This document shows positions 58,661 to 64,000 of a DNA stretch of 64,000 nucleotides, piece after piece. Below the pieces are notes generated by a model. It searched no databases. It was not told the DNA's origin and saw nothing but the letters and a program-made list of their open reading frames with translations. Position 1 is the stretch's first letter; every line of letters begins with the position of its first letter. This stretch comes from an uncultured virus (IMG/VR IMGVR_UViG_3300005512_000016). Taxonomy: Duplodnaviria > Heunggongvirae > Uroviricota > Caudoviricetes. Where the stretch lies: IMG/VR virus record IMGVR_UViG_3300005512_000016, positions 1 to 64,000 of that record. One strand, 5' to 3'. The position numbers were made by a program, and so were the translations under genes.

Positions 58661-58668
58661 GGGGTTTC

Positions 58669-59001
58669 CTATCTACTACGTGATTTAGCTTTTGACATTG
58701 CATCTCGTTCTTTTTGTTTTTGAGCATAATATTTACTAGCCTCAGCTTCAGCTGCTTTGAGTAAATGAAACACATCTTTTCTATTATCCATATCATAGAT
58801 GTCCATAATGTCCATTAAACCGCTATAGTCTTTACCCATCCAGCTTCCACTCATACCTTCCCAGTTATCTGGTAAGGCATTGAATAGAATTAGTGCGCAT
58901 TGAGCTTCATAAGATAAAGAATCAACCTCTAAAGGTATATCTTCCTCTCTCGGTTCCCAACCCATTTGATCGCACATAAGCAAATATTGTTCAGTTGACA
59001 T
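58669..59001 (-). CDS. Tail assembly chaperone, downstream (T-like) part
   Basis: YL.MC.QMGWEP..IP, GMSGSWMGKDYS; frame open upstream to the slippery site. Confidence 0.8.
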   Translation of the reverse strand: MSTEQYLLMCDQMGWEPREEDIPLEVDSLSYEAQCALILFNALPDNWEGMSGSWMGKDYSGLMDIMDIYDMDNRKDVFHLLKAAEAEASKYYAQKQKERDAMSKAKSRSR

Positions 59002-59036
59002 ACCTCCGCTAAAAAACGCATTACGAAGGTATTCAA

Positions 59037-59468
59037 TTAGTTTTTTTCGTTTGTCTCGGCTTTAGTTTTTGAAAACTGCTCAAAATCATTCATAGCATCT
59101 GTTATAAATTGATCAAACAGTGTAGAATTTTTTAATAATTCTAACGCCTCTTCTGGGCTATATTCGATCTCTTCTTCACCATTAACGCCAGATATATCAG
59201 CTGGAAATAGCAGTGGTAAGTTTTTGTATCTAAGACCACTCCACCCTTTAATAGCTTTTTCTGAGTATGCTTCTAAAAACTTATCATTGTCAACTTCTTC
59301 TTCTCGTTGACGTGTGCGTTTATTAAATTTGAAAGTTAATGATCTATTTCTAATTTTCATTAACTCATCTCGATTAAGATAGACTAAATCAACCATAAAT
59401 CCATCAATTTCTGGAAATTCAACTGTAGTTACAGTTTCTTTAGCCATTAAACTTTTTATTTTACTCAT
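59037..59468 (-). CDS. Tail assembly chaperone (G-like)
   Basis: IKGWSGL; lies between tail tube and TMP. Confidence 0.82.
   Translation of the reverse strand: MSKIKSLMAKETVTTVEFPEIDGFMVDLVYLNRDELMKIRNRSLTFKFNKRTRQREEEVDNDKFLEAYSEKAIKGWSGLRYKNLPLLFPADISGVNGEEEIEYSPEEALELLKNSTLFDQFITDAMNDFEQFSKTKAETNEKN
59040..59046 (-). promoter_or_regulatory. -1 programmed frameshift slippery heptamer A AAA AAC
   Basis: GAA AAA AAC TAA; the -1 frame reads KLIEYLRNAFFSGG into MSTEQ of 58669..59001. Confidence 0.88.
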
Positions 59469-59589
59469 TATTTTTCCCCTCTATAAGTAAAAAGCGCTAT
59501 CGGTATATCTGCTACTGTTGGGTGAGGGGAGTCCCATTTCGCAAACCGATAGCGCCATCTGTAAACCTTTATCCCCCCTCAAAGATAAA
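59469..59589 (-). promoter_or_regulatory. Structured intergenic RNA element (terminator-like stem with anti-SD loop)
   Basis: Perfect 11-bp stem 59494-59504/59545-59555 followed by a U tract; loop CUCCCCUC is complementary to the downstream SD GAGGGGA. Confidence 0.7.
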
Positions 59590-60873
59590 TTAAGACTTTT
59601 TAGCAAATATTGTTATTTCACCGCCATCACCTCTTGTAGCTGTTGGCTCTTGTGCAACAAAATTTACTGACATACTAATTACATCCTCTGTAGCTAGTGT
59701 TGGAAATTCAAACTGAACTGCGTCCATTTGAAATGCTACATAAGGTGCTGTAGTGCCACCAATAATTAAGTTAGCATTAGATGTCTGTGCTGAACTAGTT
59801 CTTGTATCTTGAGATATATTTCTTAAAAATCCAGCAGATTCTAAGTCATCAGATCTTAAATACATACTTGCGGAACCTGTTACAGCTCTTGTACCTGTAA
59901 ATTGACCAATAGGAGAGTTCAATGTTGAAAGCTCTTCTGGTGTTAGGTATGTAATATTATTATTATAATCAAAACTTAGAGCAGTTACTGGAAAAGTAAA
60001 CTTTTCATCAGCTGCACCAGCTGTAGCTTTATGATGAAACTCAATTGTACTAAGTCTGTTTTTAATAAATGCGTTTGTAGCAACGCTTCCCGCAACGTTC
60101 ATAGAACCGTATGGGTGATAGGCTTGTGCCACTGCAGATAGTGTAGCAGTTGCATTTGAGTTAGCAGTTACACTTGTTCCAGCGTTTAATATTCCACCAA
60201 ACACTGAAATAGCTTTGTCTCTATCAGCACCTGTAAGTTCTTTTAAGTCTGTTCCAAAACCTGCCCATGTAGTTGTTGCAATTTCTTCAATACCTGCATC
60301 AACAGTGGCTTGATTAACAGTAGCATTACCAACTTGATATACCACATTATCAAGTTTAAAATATAAGTGATTTTCTTGAGCAGTTGAAAAGTTAGTCGCC
60401 GTGGCTGCTTTACCTACTGCAGCTGCAACAGTTGTACTTCTTAGCTTTCCACCAGTTTCCCAACCTGATCTACTATCAGTTGTTGAAGCGGGTTTTGTAG
60501 ATGTAATCATTGACTGCCACAAAAACCAATCAGCCACTGGCATAGAATTACCATTATCTGTAGTTCCAGCCACTGTACCAGGTGATTCTGAGTCAGCTGT
60601 AACTTCAACGCCAGTTGGTCGTAAATAAGTCTGAAAGTTCCAATCTACAGGGTTAATTGCAGTATTAAATCTTTGCTGAGATCTATCTGGAGTAGTTCCA
60701 GATTCCAATGAAGTAATATCAGTTGTAGCAGCACTTGATGTTAATGCAAAACCAGCTAGTACTTCGAGTTTCCAGGTGTTACTTGGTGTCATTGCAGTAG
60801 CGGCTCCTCCGCCTGCTAAATCAATGGTTGAAAAGAACACTTCTGAATTTCTTTGTAAATTTAAAGAAGGCAT
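59590..60873 (-). CDS. Major tail tube protein (T5 pb6-like)
   Basis: LQRNSEVF, FNTAINPVDWNFQTYLRP, NNNITYLTPEEL, FTGTRAVTGS. Confidence 0.88.
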   Translation of the reverse strand: MPSLNLQRNSEVFFSTIDLAGGGAATAMTPSNTWKLEVLAGFALTSSAATTDITSLESGTTPDRSQQRFNTAINPVDWNFQTYLRPTGVEVTADSESPGTVAGTTDNGNSMPVADWFLWQSMITSTKPASTTDSRSGWETGGKLRSTTVAAAVGKAATATNFSTAQENHLYFKLDNVVYQVGNATVNQATVDAGIEEIATTTWAGFGTDLKELTGADRDKAISVFGGILNAGTSVTANSNATATLSAVAQAYHPYGSMNVAGSVATNAFIKNRLSTIEFHHKATAGAADEKFTFPVTALSFDYNNNITYLTPEELSTLNSPIGQFTGTRAVTGSASMYLRSDDLESAGFLRNISQDTRTSSAQTSNANLIIGGTTAPYVAFQMDAVQFEFPTLATEDVISMSVNFVAQEPTATRGDGGEITIFAKKS

Positions 60874-60884
60874 TTATTTTCTCC

Positions 60885-61340
60885 TTAATCCTCTAATCTG
60901 TACTCTACGGTTAGAACAATTTCTGCTAGACCTAATGGCTCTGCAAGTCCTTCATCAGTAGAAACATTGTCTATTTGTATATTCAAGATTCCCTTCTCTG
61001 GACTACCTGCTAAGTTATAGATAACGTGTTCGATATCTTGTACCAACTCATCAGCTTTTGTTTGAGAATCGTCCTCTCCGTATACGTATGCTCTTATAGT
61101 AACGTCTAACGTTGCAACCGTCAAACTTTTAGTATTAAAATCTCGGATTTCGGTACCCGCGTTAAGATAAAGTGCAGGAAAGTCATTAACTTCATCTAGA
61201 AACTTAATTTTTCTATAAACATTATTAAATATGTTTGTAGTATAGGTATATGAACTATCAAATCCAGATTGTTGACCGTCTATCTCTTTAAGGTTGGAAA
61301 CCAAAAAATCAATTATATCTGTGCGTCTTGATTGTGGCAT
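60885..61340 (-). CDS. Tail terminator (T5 p142-like)
   Basis: SRRTDII, KFLDEVNDFP, STDEGL..PLG.AEI. Confidence 0.82.
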   Translation of the reverse strand: MPQSRRTDIIDFLVSNLKEIDGQQSGFDSSYTYTTNIFNNVYRKIKFLDEVNDFPALYLNAGTEIRDFNTKSLTVATLDVTIRAYVYGEDDSQTKADELVQDIEHVIYNLAGSPEKGILNIQIDNVSTDEGLAEPLGLAEIVLTVEYRLED

Positions 61341-62725
61341 TAATTACCCCTCACTATGTTAAACTTTCGTGCATATAGACCTTGTACAACTTCTCTTATT
61401 GTATTAGTTACTAGTATATCTGGATTACGTTGACTTTCAATTAAGCTTTTATATATAGGGTCGTAAAAAAATCTAATAACGTTAGCTTTATAACTAGGTA
61501 AAACTGCAACACTACTTCTAAATCTTCCAGTTCTCTCAGTAAGTATGGTTGGAGATAGGGGAGGTCCTCGCTCAGGTCCTTTAGGCATTATCGCTCCAAG
61601 TCTTCTTTGGACTAGAGCAGATAGTTGAGCGCCAGAAATAAACTTTTGTACAGAGTCTTTCTTAGCTTTTCTCTTCCTTACTGCTGTCATTCCAAAATTT
61701 TGTTTACTAAATCGTGGAGATTCTACAACAGTGCGAATAGTAAAAGGTGTTAACCCCCCTTTTTCAAATTCCTTAGCAAAGGCAACTATCAAGGATAAGT
61801 ATTCATTTACCGCATTTGTTTTTTTAACCTCATTCGGTATTTCTTGGACTATTAAATAGTTTAATAGCCCTTGTGAAAATTTTATACCATTTGCTTTTAA
61901 ATGAGCTTCATTAACTTTTTGAGTTAAGTCTCTAACACCTTTTTCCATGTCTGCAAAAAGTTCTGCAGTAGGTTTAATTTCAATTCTATATTTATCAGCG
62001 GCACTAGATGAACTTTTTATTTTTATGGATATTTGAAAGTATCTTGAAAATATCTTTTGATCTTTAAAAACATTTGATGAAATATTTTGAAGTGGATTTG
62101 TAATAAACTTAAATATAGGTTTATTTTGTTTTTCAATATCAGCAGTATCAACTACTAATAAGTTTGCAAACTTAACTCTAGCATTTAAAAATAATAAGTT
62201 TCTAAAAGGAGTTAGCTCCTTACCAAATAGTGCATTGATAGCATCTTGACCAAAAAGTTGTTTTCCTCCAACAGCTGATTTAATAAGTTGACCCTCTGGC
62301 TTATTTAAACTTCTACTAATAGCTGTAATTGCAGGCTCGGCTGCTCCACCAACACCTTTAACTTTAGTTTCATAAGCACTTGGTAACGTTATCTTCTCTC
62401 CAGTATTAGATTTAAGCGCATTTATCTCTGAAAGTCTAAAACCTGCAGTAGCCTCAAATTCATCAGCATCAACAATAGCATCAGCTATAGCTCCTCCTGA
62501 TACTCCGACAGACTCAAATATTCTTCTTGCACCAGATTTTGCATCTTTAGGCATACCCAGCCCAATACCCATTTGCTCTGATATGTAATCAGATACACGA
62601 CCAATTAAAGTATTTCTTAGTTGCTTAAGTTCTTGTGCTTTTTTACTACGAAGTCCAAAATTTTCATCTACTTTACCGTTAGGAAAGGTAGTCTTTACAA
62701 TACCAAGGTTAAGATTAGGAGCCAT
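61340..62725 (-). CDS. Tail completion protein (T5 p143-like, extended)
   Basis: C-terminal LTERTGRFRSSV, YDPIY, RNPD.L...IRE; synteny. Confidence 0.65.
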   Translation of the reverse strand: MAPNLNLGIVKTTFPNGKVDENFGLRSKKAQELKQLRNTLIGRVSDYISEQMGIGLGMPKDAKSGARRIFESVGVSGGAIADAIVDADEFEATAGFRLSEINALKSNTGEKITLPSAYETKVKGVGGAAEPAITAISRSLNKPEGQLIKSAVGGKQLFGQDAINALFGKELTPFRNLLFLNARVKFANLLVVDTADIEKQNKPIFKFITNPLQNISSNVFKDQKIFSRYFQISIKIKSSSSAADKYRIEIKPTAELFADMEKGVRDLTQKVNEAHLKANGIKFSQGLLNYLIVQEIPNEVKKTNAVNEYLSLIVAFAKEFEKGGLTPFTIRTVVESPRFSKQNFGMTAVRKRKAKKDSVQKFISGAQLSALVQRRLGAIMPKGPERGPPLSPTILTERTGRFRSSVAVLPSYKANVIRFFYDPIYKSLIESQRNPDILVTNTIREVVQGLYARKFNIVRGN

Positions 62726-64000
62726 TAGATAACAATCCTATAAAGGTCCAATATACGTCTAATATGTGGGGGAAAGTTTCCTGCAAGATTAAACTTATCT
62801 CCTCGTTCTCCCTCAAAACTAAAACCTTTTTTATCTTGATCTTGTTTATGAAATAATTTAATCATATCAAGAGTAGCAACTTGAAGATCATAAGGAACTT
62901 GTCCTGATTCATATCCTCCACGATATGTTACTTTAACTCCGCTAGGATAAGGTTGAAAAGTAGGTGGCCCACTTAGTGTAAGTGATGGATAAGATCTATT
63001 AACAGTTGGATAATTACCTGTAATGCCTATGTCACCTGTATCTCTAGTAATTTCTCCACTGTCTCGTGAAAAACTGTATTGATTTATTGCAGCGCTAACA
63101 TCTTTAGCTTCTGTATCTCCATTTTTACCATCAAAATGAATTAACATTCGTGTTTGTTCATCAGGTCTAAATCTTTGTGATGGGGGAGTAAAGTCTCCTG
63201 AATATCTTGCAGTATCGCTAATTCTTAATTCGTCAATATACCCTGCAAAGTCGTTACCTATAAGCACGTTTGTTGTAAAAGTATTGTTATTTACAGCAAA
63301 TGTTTCACCACTGGCTCCTGTAATATTATTCCCATTATAAGTTAAAAACATTCGTTGAGAAACACTATTAAAAGATGCAGCTACATGTGCGAACTCTCGT
63401 TGTCCAAATTGCTGTGTTTGAATAAGTGTGTTAGCACCAGTAACTGTTGTTGTGCTTCCACTAATTGTGCCATCAATTTTTAAACCACTTGTTCCATTTG
63501 TAGAAAATTTTAAAGAATTTGTCGCGTCTGTGTTAATTGAAAACAGCTCCTGTACAGGTAAACTCGAGTCATTAACACGAATAAACATCTCAATGGTAAA
63601 ATCACCCTCTTCAAATTTTATATCTTCAGATACTGTACCTTCTACAAAGTCTGCGGATGCCACCTCTAAACTAGATTTTCCAAATCTTTTAACTCTTGAA
63701 TTAATATGAGCGTCATTCTTAAAGGTAAGAGTTACACTATCATTATCTTGAACATTAGGCATACCATTAGTCGCGGGATCGTCAAGAGTCATATGCTCTA
63801 TACCATTAAACTCTGTTACTTCGTAGACATTACTAAGAGGCAATCTATTAACAAAAACGCTTGTTTCGCCTCCGTCAAAAACTTCAACATAATCATTAGC
63901 TAAGACTTGTTGTCCGATATAGTGTTCAACAACTCCTGTGGCATAACTTATGATATTACTAAGAGTACCATCATGAGTAGTGCTATTAATACTTAAATAA
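62725..64000 (-). CDS. Head completion / head-tail connector (T5 p144-like) with inserted LamG domain; 5' truncated by the window
   Basis: Frame open to the edge (YLSINSTTHD...VEHYIG..YVEVFDGG); LamG GDFTIEMF, HVAA, GYIDELRIS..ARYSGDFTPP; C-terminal GVKVTYRGGY..VPYDL..FPPHIRRILDLYR. Confidence 0.8.
   Translation of the reverse strand, partial: YLSINSTTHDGTLSNIISYATGVVEHYIGQQVLANDYVEVFDGGETSVFVNRLPLSNVYEVTEFNGIEHMTLDDPATNGMPNVQDNDSVTLTFKNDAHINSRVKRFGKSSLEVASADFVEGTVSEDIKFEEGDFTIEMFIRVNDSSLPVQELFSINTDATNSLKFSTNGTSGLKIDGTISGSTTTVTGANTLIQTQQFGQREFAHVAASFNSVSQRMFLTYNGNNITGASGETFAVNNNTFTTNVLIGNDFAGYIDELRISDTARYSGDFTPPSQRFRPDEQTRMLIHFDGKNGDTEAKDVSAAINQYSFSRDSGEITRDTGDIGITGNYPTVNRSYPSLTLSGPPTFQPYPSGVKVTYRGGYESGQVPYDLQVATLDMIKLFHKQDQDKKGFSFEGERGDKFNLAGNFPPHIRRILDLYRIVI

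Noticed and set aside
35775..63903. Plus-strand ORFs in the late region (e.g. 38710..39180, 42664..43044, 54564..54965)
   Set aside because: Antisense shadows of well-supported minus-strand genes; no SD or motifs
1..64000. CRISPR arrays, rRNA, tRNA, integrase or transposase
   Set aside because: None recognised by eye; tRNAscan and CRISPR finders were not run

Overview
AT-rich segment of a large T5-like (Demerecviridae-like) siphophage genome, probably aquatic or marine (inferred). The + strand (1-34.8 kb) keeps the T5 replication gene order: NAD ligase, D5, D6 helicase, primase, PolA, D10, D11, D12, D13, D14, D15, dUTPase-like. It also carries thyX, nrdA, a Grx-nrdB fusion, MazG-like and phoH. 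About 15 small-molecule or macromolecule-modifying enzymes are interleaved (DadA, methyltransferases, glycosyltransferases, 2OG/cupin oxygenases, B12-radical SAM, PP-loop ATPase, PLP enzyme, amidinotransferase, SGNH, NAS-like). The - strand (34.8-64 kb) is the convergent late operon: head completion, tail completion and terminator, tail tube, frameshifted chaperones, tape measure, a lambda-like M-L-K-I-J tail tip (Hint domain in J, radical SAM gene inserted), fibres and a cluster of small basic proteins. Notable non-coding or recoding signals: a cluster of GNA-loop hairpins (18541-18657), a structured leader with an anti-SD loop before the tail chaperone (59469-59589), an in-frame TGA in the B12-radical SAM gene, a -1 frameshift, and three tandem duplications. 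Two of the duplications have copies differing almost only at synonymous sites. All family assignments come from motif recognition and synteny, not database searches.
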